Shown: one piece after another, positions 41,233 through 50,662 of the stretch
How the letters are laid out: each line of letters starts with the position of its first letter
Position numbering within the stretch: position 1 is the first letter of the stretch
NCBI GenBank assembly: GCA_031556375.1
Contig: JAVBTA010000003.1
Coordinates: 103,319-167,318, forward strand
Direction of reading: 5' to 3'
DNA: 64,000 nt
DNA from: Bacteroidales bacterium
GTDB taxonomy: Bacteria > Bacteroidota > Bacteroidia > Bacteroidales > Azobacteroidaceae
Notes under the pieces: generated by a model
Told to the model about the DNA's origin: nothing
Database searches by the model: none
The model's input: the letters and a program-made list of their open reading frames with translations, nothing else
Translations under genes and position numbers: made by a program

Positions 41233-41976
41233 ATGAAAAAAAAAGTTGTTTTTGCATTGTTGAGTTTATTTCTGGGAGCCCCTCTGTTTTCCCAGATAAC
41301 CACTTCTTTGGATTCTTTACCCCCTCCCCAAAAACCATTTAAGCCGGAATGGGCTTTGGGAGTCAACGGAGGTGTTACTTTGTCAAAAATAGGGTTCAAT
41401 CCCACTATAAAACAAGAAAGCTTACTTCAATATGCGGGAGGTTTGACTGCCAGATATATCTCTGAAAGAAATGTCGGTTTACAGGTTGAATTAAATTACT
41501 CGATGCGTGGGTGGAAGGAAAAAACAGATAGTGTCAATATATATCAGGGCCTGTCCCCGAATCCGGCTCCGGCTGATAGTATCAGATATACCAATTACAG
41601 CCGCTCTTTAGCGTATATTGAGCTTCCTGTCATGACTCACGTATATTTTAACATGGGTAAATATATGAGGATAATCTTTCTTGCAGGCCCTCAGATCAGT
41701 TATTTGCTAAGCGAAAAAGTCGTCGAAAAAGAAATTGTCGTTGATTTTTCCCGCACAAACCCTCCTTATTACGAACAAAAAGTACAAAAGTCTTTTGATT
41801 ATGGAATTACCGGAGGTATGGGCTTCGAGCTTCGTACCGGTATCGGAAGCTTTGTCCTGGACGGCAGATACTATTTCGGATTATCGGATATTTTCAACAG
41901 CACAAAAGCCGATTATTTCCAGGCATCATCAAATCAGGTTATTACGGTGAAGATTTCTTATCTGCTTAGGAAATAG
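41233..41976 (+). CDS. Outer-membrane beta-barrel (PorT/OmpA-like beta-barrel family) protein
   Basis: Signal peptide MKKKVVFALLSLFLGAPLFSQ. Alternating amphipathic beta-strand pattern. A C-terminal aromatic residue is present but not terminal. Confidence 0.6.
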   Translation: MKKKVVFALLSLFLGAPLFSQITTSLDSLPPPQKPFKPEWALGVNGGVTLSKIGFNPTIKQESLLQYAGGLTARYISERNVGLQVELNYSMRGWKEKTDSVNIYQGLSPNPAPADSIRYTNYSRSLAYIELPVMTHVYFNMGKYMRIIFLAGPQISYLLSEKVVEKEIVVDFSRTNPPYYEQKVQKSFDYGITGGMGFELRTGIGSFVLDGRYYFGLSDIFNSTKADYFQASSNQVITVKISYLLRK

Positions 41977-42124
41977 GAAGTTAGAAGTAGTTGAAGGAAT
42001 GGCTTACGCCAGAAAAGGATTCCCTTAATATTCCTGCAACTCCCTTTAACTCCTTTTAACTCCCTTTCCCCACAACTTTTCAGCAACATTGTACGTTATA
42101 CATTAAATATTAAATATTCTGAAT

Positions 42125-42322
42125 ATGAAAAGCGGACAATTGTTAGGCGGTATCGCTATTGGTGCGATAGTTGGAATTGGCGTTGGCTATTTGCTGGGAG
42201 TCGATTCAGAAAAAAGAAATCAGTGGTTTCGTATGATCAGTACTAAAGTACTGAGGAATCCATGTTGTGACGATACAGAGTGTGATTGCAATGAGGATGC
42301 TAACCTTGAAGCAAAAGCATAA
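42125..42322 (+). CDS. Small membrane protein with a Gly-zipper TM helix and a Cys/acidic-rich C-terminal tail
   Basis: GGIAIGAIVGIGVGYLLG gives a GxxxG-repeat helix. The C-terminus is NPCCDDTECDCNEDANLEAKA. 65 aa. A spacing-compatible purine-rich stretch lies upstream. Confidence 0.4.
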   Translation: MKSGQLLGGIAIGAIVGIGVGYLLGVDSEKRNQWFRMISTKVLRNPCCDDTECDCNEDANLEAKA

Positions 42323-42482
42323 ACTTATTTTTCTTAATTTAATGATTTAAGGCAAGTTTTTAGATTGTTTTTTTAGAGAGGTTTTCCGTGAGGAAAGCCT
42401 CTGTTCATATATATTCATCTCAATGTTAATAAGATGTTGAATAGTTTAGGAGAGACTCTTGAATTGTCCTGCCAAATTCTGT

Positions 42483-42490
42483 TACCTTTG
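42483..42490 (+). promoter_or_regulatory. Bacteroidetes-type -7 promoter element (TAnnTTTG) for dnaB
   Basis: TACCTTTG lies about 33 nt upstream of the dnaB ATG. Confidence 0.4.
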
Positions 42491-42522
42491 CATTTCTAAA
42501 AAACGGTTCACATATAACAAAA

Positions 42523-44040
42523 ATGGCAGAACAATATCAATCAAGATCAAATTCCAGAAGAAAAAAAGCTCCGGCTAACTCAGAAGAAATCGGACGGTTA
42601 CAACCTCAGGCTCTGGAATTAGAGGAAGCGGTATTAGGCGCTTTAATGCTCGAAAAAGACGCATACTCCGTTGTTAGCGAGATACTCAGACCCGAAAGTT
42701 TTTATAATAAGACTCATGAGCTGATCTTTTCTGCTATTCAGGATCTTGCGGTTCAACAGAAACCTATAGATATGTTGACCGTTATTGAACAATTACGCAA
42801 AAAAGGCGACCTGGACATTGTCGGAGGCCCATTTTATATAGCTCAATTATCTCAAAAAGTGGTTTCTACAGCTCACTTGGACTACCACTCCCGTATTATC
42901 GCGCAAAAATATCTGGCAAGAGAGTTGATTTCATTCAGTTCTCAGATTGCGACTAAAGCTTTTGATGAAACTAACGATGTCGACGATCTAATGCAAGAAG
43001 CTGAGGGTCAACTATTTGAAATTTCACAACGTAATGTAAAGAAGGATGTTACCCAGATCAATCCGGTAATCAGGGAAGCTATAGAATTGATGCAGGTGGC
43101 AGCCCAACGTACCGATGGGTTAAGTGGGGTACAAACCGGTTTCAAATTGTTGGATAAGATCACTTCCGGATGGCAAAATTCTGACCTGATCATCATCGCA
43201 GCCCGTCCTGCGATGGGTAAAACAGCTTTTGTTCTTTCTATGGCCAAGAATATGGCGGTTGGATTCAACACTCCGGTTGCCGTTTTTTCGCTTGAAATGT
43301 CGAACGTACAGCTTGTGAATCGTTTGATTGTAAACGTGACCCAGATCCCGGCGGAAAAAATTAAAAATGGTCGTCTGGAAAAATATGAATGGGAACAATT
43401 GGATTACAAATTAAAAGAGCTTTTTGATGCTCCTATTTTTGTGGACGACACCCCCAGTTTATCTGTATTTGAACTCCGGACCAAAGCGCGTCGTTTAGTT
43501 AAAGAACACAAAGTTAAATGTCTAATTATAGACTACTTACAATTAATGAATGCCAGTGGTATGAGTTTTGGCAGCCGAGAGCAGGAAGTAAGTATTATTT
43601 CCCGTTCACTCAAAGGATTAGCTAAAGAGCTGAACATTCCTATCATTGCTCTTTCCCAGCTGAACCGTGGTGTGGAAAGCAGGGTCGGTAACGAAGGTAA
43701 ACGTCCTCAGCTATCGGACTTGCGTGAATCAGGAGCAATCGAACAGGATGCCGACATGGTTTGTTTTATCCACCGCCCTGAATATTATAAGATATTTACG
43801 GATGAAAAAGGTAATGACCTGACCGGAAAAGCAGAAATTATTATCGCGAAACACCGTAACGGCGCCACCGGAGATGTTTTGTTGAGCTTCAAGAAAGAAT
43901 TTGCCCGATTCCAGAATCTGGATGACGATATGTTGGTCGAAGAATATCAATCAAGACTGAATAGCCAGGCCGATATAGCACCGGCTCCACTGCCCAGTAG
44001 GGACTTTGGAATAGCACATTCATCAGAAACTCCGTTTTAA
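42523..44040 (+). CDS. dnaB: Replicative DNA helicase
   Basis: The DnaB N-terminal domain (LEEAVLGALMLEKDAY...), Walker A AARPAMGKTAF, the RecA-like core, and ...IIAKHRNGATGDV. There is no intein. Confidence 0.9.
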   Translation: MAEQYQSRSNSRRKKAPANSEEIGRLQPQALELEEAVLGALMLEKDAYSVVSEILRPESFYNKTHELIFSAIQDLAVQQKPIDMLTVIEQLRKKGDLDIVGGPFYIAQLSQKVVSTAHLDYHSRIIAQKYLARELISFSSQIATKAFDETNDVDDLMQEAEGQLFEISQRNVKKDVTQINPVIREAIELMQVAAQRTDGLSGVQTGFKLLDKITSGWQNSDLIIIAARPAMGKTAFVLSMAKNMAVGFNTPVAVFSLEMSNVQLVNRLIVNVTQIPAEKIKNGRLEKYEWEQLDYKLKELFDAPIFVDDTPSLSVFELRTKARRLVKEHKVKCLIIDYLQLMNASGMSFGSREQEVSIISRSLKGLAKELNIPIIALSQLNRGVESRVGNEGKRPQLSDLRESGAIEQDADMVCFIHRPEYYKIFTDEKGNDLTGKAEIIIAKHRNGATGDVLLSFKKEFARFQNLDDDMLVEEYQSRLNSQADIAPAPLPSRDFGIAHSSETPF

Positions 44041-44098
44041 TAAGTTATAATAAGATTTTTTTATTAATTTTGCGATTCAATTTTGAATTACAGAGAAA

Positions 44099-46561
44099 AT
44101 GAATATTTCTTACAATTGGCTAAAAGATTACGTTAATCTGGACCTGACACCGCAGGAATTGTCTGCGGCTTTGACTTCCATCGGTCTGGAAACAGGAAGT
44201 GTAGAAGAAGTTGAAACCATTAAGGGAGGTCTACACGGTCTTGTCATCGGACATGTATTGACTTGCAACGACCACCCGGATTCCGATCATTTACACGTTA
44301 CAACCGTTGATTTGGGAGGTGATGAACCTCAGCAAATCGTTTGTGGAGCGCCCAATGTGGCTGCGGGACAAAAAGTTATTGTCGCGACTATCGGAACAAA
44401 ACTTTATTCAGGCGACGAAACTTTTACCATCAAGAAATCAAAAATACGTGGAGTAGAATCGAACGGAATGATTTGTGCGGAAGACGAAATAGGGTTGGGT
44501 ACTGATCATAACGGCATTATCGTTTTACCTACCGACGCTCCTGTCGGTATGTCTGCACGGGAATATTACAAAGTGGAAAGCGATTATATCCTTGAAGTGG
44601 ATATCACTCCTAACCGTGTGGATGCAGCATCACATTATGGCGTTGCACGCGACCTGGCTGCTTATCTGCAACAAAACGGAAAGCATGTGGAACTGAAGAA
44701 ACCTTCAATTGATGCATTCAAAATAGAAGACAAATCTTCGGCGGTTGAAGTAATTGTAGAGAATACAGAAGCTTGTCCACGTTATTCCGGTATTACTATT
44801 AAAAATGTAAAAGTAACAGAAAGTCCGGATTGGTTGAAAAATCGCCTACAACTCATTGGTTTAAGACCGATTAACAACATTGTAGATATTACAAACTTCG
44901 TTTTGCACGAATTCGGACAACCTCTTCATGCTTTCGATTGTAAAGAAATTGCCGGGGATAAAGTATTTGTGATGACTTTGCCTGAAGGTACTAAGTTTAT
45001 CACTTTGGATGAGGTTGAACGTACCTTGAGCGATCGTGATCTGATGATCTGTAATGCTCATGGAGGGATGTGTATCGGAGGTGTTTTCGGAGGATTAAAA
45101 TCCGGCGTAACCGAATCGACTACAGATATTTTCCTCGAATCGGCCTATTTTCATCCTACATGGATCCGTAAAACAGCTCGTCGCCATGGTTTGAATACGG
45201 ATGCATCATTCCGCTTCGAACGCGGGTGTGATCCGAATAATACTATTTATGTATTGAAACGAGCAGCTTTAATGATTAAGGAAATAGCAGGAGGTACTAT
45301 TTGTGGTGAATTGCAGGATATCTATCCTACTCCGATCGGAAATCCGGCTGTAGAGGTTTCATATCAGAAAATCAACAGTCTGATCGGCAAAGAGATTCCG
45401 GCCGCCACAGTTAAAAACATCCTTAAAACGCTTGAAATTGAGATTATTAAAGAGCATAACGATGTATTAACACTAAGTATTCCGACTTATCGTGTGGATG
45501 TGCAACGTGATGTGGATGTTATCGAAGATATTCTCCGTATTTACGGTTTCAACAATGTAGAGATTGGAGATAGTCTGAAATCAAATCTTTCCTACCTCAC
45601 TCCTACCGATCAGGCCTACAAACTTCAGAGTCTGATTTCCGAGCAATTGACAGGGGCCGGATTCCATGAAATCCTAAATAATTCATTGACTTCAGGTCAA
45701 TATTATACAGATTCGGATGTTTATCCTGAAAGTAAATGTGTAAGATTAAAAAATCCTTTGAGCGCGGAACTTGATGTGATGCGTCAGACATTACTATTCG
45801 GAGGATTGGAAAGTGTTGCATACAACCGTAACCGTAAAAATCCGGATTTGAGTTTTTACGAATTCGGTAATGTTTATTCTTATCACAACGATAAGTTCAA
45901 TGAAGAAAAACCACTAGCCGCAATTAAAGAAGAGTTTCACCTGGCTTTATGGTTGACCGGAAATAAAGTTACTAATAACTGGAATCATCCGGAAGAAAAA
46001 TCTTCGGTTTATGAACTCAAGGCTTATGTCGAGAATTTACTGATCCGTTTGGGAATCAACCTGAAGAAGATCAATTATAAGCCTTATTCCAATGAATTGT
46101 TCTCCGCAGCATTGGCTATTGAAACCATATCCGGAAGAGAACTGGGAATTTTAGGTGTTCTTCAGAAGAAATCTTGTAAGAAATTTGATATTAATGCCGA
46201 AGTATATTATTCGGAACTAAGCTGGGATAATTTGATGAAGGAAATTAAATCGAATAAGGTTACTGCTTCTGAGATATCCAAATTTCCACCTGTGAAACGG
46301 GATTTGGCACTATTGTTGGATAAGAAAGTATTATTTTCCGAAATTGAGAAAATTGCATTCGAAACCGACCGTAAATTACTGAGGGAGGTAAGTTTATTCG
46401 ATGTATATGAAGGTAAAAACCTCCCGGAAGGTAAGAAATCGTATGCCGTAAGTTTTATCCTTCAGGATGAAGAAAAAACACTGAATGACAAACAAATAGA
46501 CAATCTGATGAATCGTATTCAGAAGAATTTGGAAGATAAATTAAATGCACAATTAAGATAA
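44099..46561 (+). CDS. pheT: Phenylalanine--tRNA ligase beta subunit
   Basis: MNISYNWLKDYVNLDLTPQELSAALTSIGLE is the PheT N-terminus. B3/B4 and B5 domains follow. 820 aa. Confidence 0.9.
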   Translation: MNISYNWLKDYVNLDLTPQELSAALTSIGLETGSVEEVETIKGGLHGLVIGHVLTCNDHPDSDHLHVTTVDLGGDEPQQIVCGAPNVAAGQKVIVATIGTKLYSGDETFTIKKSKIRGVESNGMICAEDEIGLGTDHNGIIVLPTDAPVGMSAREYYKVESDYILEVDITPNRVDAASHYGVARDLAAYLQQNGKHVELKKPSIDAFKIEDKSSAVEVIVENTEACPRYSGITIKNVKVTESPDWLKNRLQLIGLRPINNIVDITNFVLHEFGQPLHAFDCKEIAGDKVFVMTLPEGTKFITLDEVERTLSDRDLMICNAHGGMCIGGVFGGLKSGVTESTTDIFLESAYFHPTWIRKTARRHGLNTDASFRFERGCDPNNTIYVLKRAALMIKEIAGGTICGELQDIYPTPIGNPAVEVSYQKINSLIGKEIPAATVKNILKTLEIEIIKEHNDVLTLSIPTYRVDVQRDVDVIEDILRIYGFNNVEIGDSLKSNLSYLTPTDQAYKLQSLISEQLTGAGFHEILNNSLTSGQYYTDSDVYPESKCVRLKNPLSAELDVMRQTLLFGGLESVAYNRNRKNPDLSFYEFGNVYSYHNDKFNEEKPLAAIKEEFHLALWLTGNKVTNNWNHPEEKSSVYELKAYVENLLIRLGINLKKINYKPYSNELFSAALAIETISGRELGILGVLQKKSCKKFDINAEVYYSELSWDNLMKEIKSNKVTASEISKFPPVKRDLALLLDKKVLFSEIEKIAFETDRKLLREVSLFDVYEGKNLPEGKKSYAVSFILQDEEKTLNDKQIDNLMNRIQKNLEDKLNAQLR

Positions 46562-46562
46562 T

Positions 46563-47282
46563 ATGGGAAGAGCGTTTGAATATCGCAAAGCGACAAAACT
46601 GAAAAGATGGGGCAACATGGCCCGCGTATTCACAAAATTGGGAAAACAAATAACCATTGCAGTAAAAGAAGGTGGTTCGGATCCGGATACTAACCCACGT
46701 TTGAGGGTATTGGTTCAGCAATCGAAAAAAGAAAATATGCCGAAAGAGAATGTGGAAAGAGCTATTAAGAAAGCTACTTCCAAGGATTCGGCTGATTATA
46801 AGGAGGTTGTATATGAAGGATACGGTCCTTTCGGAGTTGCTATAGTTGTAGAAACCGCAACCGACAACCCTACCCGCACAGTAGCTAATGTCCGCAGTTA
46901 TTTCAATAAATTCGGCGGTTCATTAGGTACATCAGGTAGTTTACAATTCATTTTCGATCACAAAAGTGTATTCAAAATCACTCCCAAGGAAAATGTCTCG
47001 ATGGAAGAACTGGAGTTGGAACTGATCGATTTCGGTGTTGACGAAGTAGAATACGATGAAGAAGAAAATGTAATCCTGATTTACGGAGAATTCCAATCTT
47101 ATTCTGTTATCCAAAAATATTTGGAAGAGAACGGATATGAGATCCATAGTGCTCAATTTGAACGTATTCCAAACGATTATAAGGAATTGAATGAGGAACA
47201 ACGTACTCAGATTGATAAATTACTGGATAAATTTGAGGAAGACGACGATGTACAAAACGTTTTCCATAATATGGCGCAATAG
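46563..47282 (+). CDS. yebC: YebC/PmpR-family transcriptional regulator
   Basis: MGRAFEYRKATKLKRWGNMARVFTKLGKQITIAVKEGGSDPDTNPRLR is the YebC signature. 239 aa. Confidence 0.85.
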   Translation: MGRAFEYRKATKLKRWGNMARVFTKLGKQITIAVKEGGSDPDTNPRLRVLVQQSKKENMPKENVERAIKKATSKDSADYKEVVYEGYGPFGVAIVVETATDNPTRTVANVRSYFNKFGGSLGTSGSLQFIFDHKSVFKITPKENVSMEELELELIDFGVDEVEYDEEENVILIYGEFQSYSVIQKYLEENGYEIHSAQFERIPNDYKELNEEQRTQIDKLLDKFEEDDDVQNVFHNMAQ

Positions 47283-47360
47283 CCTATTTCTTAGAAATTA
47301 ATTCTCATGGAGGAACGATCTCTGTTGCTTCTCAACCGAAAAAAGGCAGTTGTTTTACAA

Positions 47361-49763
47361 TCAGACTTTAATTTCGTTTTTTGCCTCTTTGTCGCGTTTG
47401 ATACATACATAGAGCAACACTATCGTAATCACCCCATAAACAATGCTTATCGCAGTTACTGCGGGAGGTGCATCGGTTTTACCATACGAATGTAGTCCGC
47501 TCAGATAATAATTCACACCGAAATAAGTCATTAATACACAAAGGAAAGCATATATAGACAGGACATTCAATAAAAAACGGTTTTGTTTACCGGATAACAA
47601 ACGTAGATGAAGAACTGTTGCATAAATGATCATTGTGATCAGAGCCCAGGTTTCTTTCGGATCCCACCCCCAGTACCTGCCCCAGGATTCATTAGCCCAT
47701 ACTGCGCCAAGAAATATTCCTATTGTCAACAAATAAAGCCCCAGAGTCATGGAAAGTTCATTGATGACAGATATTTCATCCAATAGAGCTTTTGACCGTT
47801 GCCGGGGATTAAAACACGAATAGAATACCGTGAATACGCCCAGAAGGAAACTCATTCCGAAAAAACCATAACTTGAAGTAATTATCGCTACATGGAACAT
47901 CAGCCAATGCGACTTCAAGACAGGAACCAGAGGGGTTATTTCCGGATCCATAAAGTTCATATGAGCCACCAGTAATACAAATCCGGCCAGCATCGTTCCC
48001 AGAGCCAGGGTAATTACCGAGCGACGGGAAAATATCAATCCTACCAGTACCGCGCTCCAGGAAACATAAACCATCGTTTCGTAAGCATTCGACCAGGGAG
48101 GTTGTTCCGAGACATACCATCGTAAGGCAATCGCCAGTGTATGAATAATAAAGCCGATGGCAACTAATACAATCCCCGAATAATAAAGCTTTTTCAGGGT
48201 AGAACCCGGCTTCACAATGAACAAAGCCCCAACAATCATCAAAAGAAAGCCAAGGGTAAGATACAACATGAATAGCTTATTCAGAATATCTGCTTTATTA
48301 TAGAAAATTTCTGTTGAAACTTTCGATGGTTTAGGAAGTTCCACCGTCGATCGTGCACTTTGGTAAACACTGATCATGTGTATAACCTCCGATGTAGTAT
48401 CCCAGTTGCCTGTTTCTTTAGCTGAAATCACTTCTTCCTGATACCATGGAAAAATTTTAGCTACAAACAACGAATCCTGGCCTGAGAAAGCCGACAGATC
48501 ATCTCCGGGAGCAAGCCAACGATGATCCTTATCATCAGGTAAAGGGAATATTGCAACCATCTGGCGATGCAGGATCTCAAACAAAATATTGACCTTCTCA
48601 TCAAGCTTGAGCATGTCTTTTTCCAGTCGCGTACGCTTTTCAACGGGTTTGTAATAAATATCTTCAAGATATTTCTCCAGTTTATAAGCTCCTTTTGAGT
48701 CGAAGTTATCATTGAAACTGATATCTGAACCTGAAGTTCCCATCAATTGATGGAGTTCTTCATTTTTTTGGCTTATTAAAGCTACTTCCGACCAATAATG
48801 AGGATAAACCAGCATTCCAAGTAAAACCCGATCGGCATTGAGTTTTCCTATATGATCTTTTTTATGCAGTTTTCTTACGATCTTGGAGGAATAAGTATTG
48901 AATGGTTCAATACGGCCATCTGTAGATTGAACAAGTAGTTTTCCAAACTCAGATGCACTTTCTTTTGTCGGAACAAAATTTTCAGGGTTTCCTGTTGGTT
49001 GCTGGGCATAAACACAAGCAATTCCGCCAAAGAACAGCAATAACAAAGCCCCTGATCGTGCTGTAATCGCTTTCAGTTCCCGAACCAGATTCCTGAAATG
49101 TGAATTTTTCGTCAGAATAATCATTACAAAACCTACCAGCAATAAAAAATAACCGATATAGGTGATGATCATTCCCCAAAAATCGTGATTAATAGTCAGT
49201 ACTGTACCTTTCTCGTCTTTATCAAAAGATGTCTGGTATATACGGTATTGTTGTTCATAAACAACTTTGTTCATAAACACTTTCTCTTCCCTCTCCTGCC
49301 CTTTGGAATAAATAATCAGGTCGCTTTCGAACGAAGACGGATTATTTGAACCGGGATATCGTATCAACCGAAAATCTTTCAATCCGATCTCAAACGGAAG
49401 TTGGACTTCTTTGAGATATTCTCCGTTATCTCCGGCCTGAAGGACTAATGTGGATTGTTTCTCTCCTTCCCGAATATGGATAAGTCCCTCATAACTAAAC
49501 AAATTTGTCACCAAGGCCCCGGAAAGGATAAAAACAAAAGCAATATGCAGTACCATCATTCCCCATTGACCACCAACCCGTTTTTTCCTTGTAAAAATCA
49601 AAACAAAGAAACAAACGATCATCAGCAGCTGTAGCCCATAGACAGCAATATTGTTATAAATATACTTCCTTGCAACTGCTATTCCATACTGATTTTCAAT
49701 GAAAGTAGCAGCTGCAAGCAACAAAGCATACAAAATGAGGAGGAAGATACTTAATTTTCTCAA
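47361..49763 (-). CDS. ccsBA: Cytochrome c biogenesis protein CcsBA (ResB-like + CcsA fusion, System II)
   Basis: The C-terminal CcsA haem-handling WWD domain is WGRYWGWDPKETWALITMIIYATVLH. The N-terminal half is a ResB-like polytopic region. 800 aa. Confidence 0.8.
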   Translation of the reverse strand: MRKLSIFLLILYALLLAAATFIENQYGIAVARKYIYNNIAVYGLQLLMIVCFFVLIFTRKKRVGGQWGMMVLHIAFVFILSGALVTNLFSYEGLIHIREGEKQSTLVLQAGDNGEYLKEVQLPFEIGLKDFRLIRYPGSNNPSSFESDLIIYSKGQEREEKVFMNKVVYEQQYRIYQTSFDKDEKGTVLTINHDFWGMIITYIGYFLLLVGFVMIILTKNSHFRNLVRELKAITARSGALLLLFFGGIACVYAQQPTGNPENFVPTKESASEFGKLLVQSTDGRIEPFNTYSSKIVRKLHKKDHIGKLNADRVLLGMLVYPHYWSEVALISQKNEELHQLMGTSGSDISFNDNFDSKGAYKLEKYLEDIYYKPVEKRTRLEKDMLKLDEKVNILFEILHRQMVAIFPLPDDKDHRWLAPGDDLSAFSGQDSLFVAKIFPWYQEEVISAKETGNWDTTSEVIHMISVYQSARSTVELPKPSKVSTEIFYNKADILNKLFMLYLTLGFLLMIVGALFIVKPGSTLKKLYYSGIVLVAIGFIIHTLAIALRWYVSEQPPWSNAYETMVYVSWSAVLVGLIFSRRSVITLALGTMLAGFVLLVAHMNFMDPEITPLVPVLKSHWLMFHVAIITSSYGFFGMSFLLGVFTVFYSCFNPRQRSKALLDEISVINELSMTLGLYLLTIGIFLGAVWANESWGRYWGWDPKETWALITMIIYATVLHLRLLSGKQNRFLLNVLSIYAFLCVLMTYFGVNYYLSGLHSYGKTDAPPAVTAISIVYGVITIVLLYVCIKRDKEAKNEIKV

Positions 49764-50566
49764 TTTGGCAAATTAAACACAGGTACCAATCCATCCAATT
49801 GTTCGTCGGTCATACCTTGAGGATCAAAGCCTGCCTGACGGGCCGTAAGATAGATTTGGGCTGATTTTGATAATGTATCTATTGCATCAAAAGTTTCGAT
49901 GATATCATCACCAACACAAAGAACCCCATGTTTTTCCCACAGGACAACATCGTGTCTGTCGAGTTGTTTAATAGTCGCTGCTGCAAGTTCCAGTGTTCCT
50001 GGGATTTCGTAAGGAATAATACCGATTCCACGCGGAACAACAATACGGGATTCCGGTATCATCGACCAAAGGATACGTGCCATAACACCCTCTTCCAGGA
50101 ATTTTTTGCCATGTGATAACGCGATCAGGTCTGTAGGATGTGTGTGTAACACCACTTTAATTCCTTTTCCGATCTCACGCATATAGTTATGCATTGAAAG
50201 ATGGGATGGTAATTCACTTGTAGGAGCTACCGGATTTTCGGCTATAATATCATAAGCATCTCCATTATCATTGATACGAATGATCGACCCGTGTTCAAAA
50301 GGGGATTTCGCTACATACCTCATTCTTTTTCCGGTTCCTGTAACATAGAAATAATTACCACGTAAATGATCGAATTTAAGAGGTAACGGTATGCTTGGAA
50401 CTAATCCCGGCAACGATTTGATTTCATTTGTCACATATTCCGTCAGATTAACGGATATATTTCCACCGTTACGTTCCGCCCATCCTTTTTCCCAAAGGTA
50501 ACCTGCTACTTCGGCTATTTTACCGATTTCATGCATTAATGCAGCATTTGCTCTGATACTATTCAT
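49760..50566 (-). CDS. Class II aldolase/adducin-family protein (rhamnulose-1-phosphate aldolase-like)
   Basis: ERNGGNISV, PTSELPSHL, VVLHTHPTDLIALS and GIGIIPYEIPGT parallel RhaD motifs. 268 aa. A 4-nt overlap with ccsBA. Confidence 0.65.
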   Translation of the reverse strand: MNSIRANAALMHEIGKIAEVAGYLWEKGWAERNGGNISVNLTEYVTNEIKSLPGLVPSIPLPLKFDHLRGNYFYVTGTGKRMRYVAKSPFEHGSIIRINDNGDAYDIIAENPVAPTSELPSHLSMHNYMREIGKGIKVVLHTHPTDLIALSHGKKFLEEGVMARILWSMIPESRIVVPRGIGIIPYEIPGTLELAAATIKQLDRHDVVLWEKHGVLCVGDDIIETFDAIDTLSKSAQIYLTARQAGFDPQGMTDEQLDGLVPVFNLPN

Positions 50567-50662
50567 TATAAATTATAAATTACGAATTATGATGCAAAGT
50601 TAATAAATATATACCTAATATAGGGGTATAATGCCGTACAAAGTAATGTAAAGTTGTACAAC

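Noticed and set aside
42375-42402. Near-perfect hairpin AGAGAGGTTTTCC-GTGA-GGAAAGCCTCT between the small ORF and dnaB, considered as a terminator
   Set aside because: No downstream U-run on either strand. The T-run lies 5' of the stem. It may be a structural or regulatory element but cannot be called a canonical intrinsic terminator.
42523-44040. Checked dnaB for an intein insertion
   Set aside because: The length (505 aa) and a continuous Walker A to C-terminus alignment leave no room for an intein.
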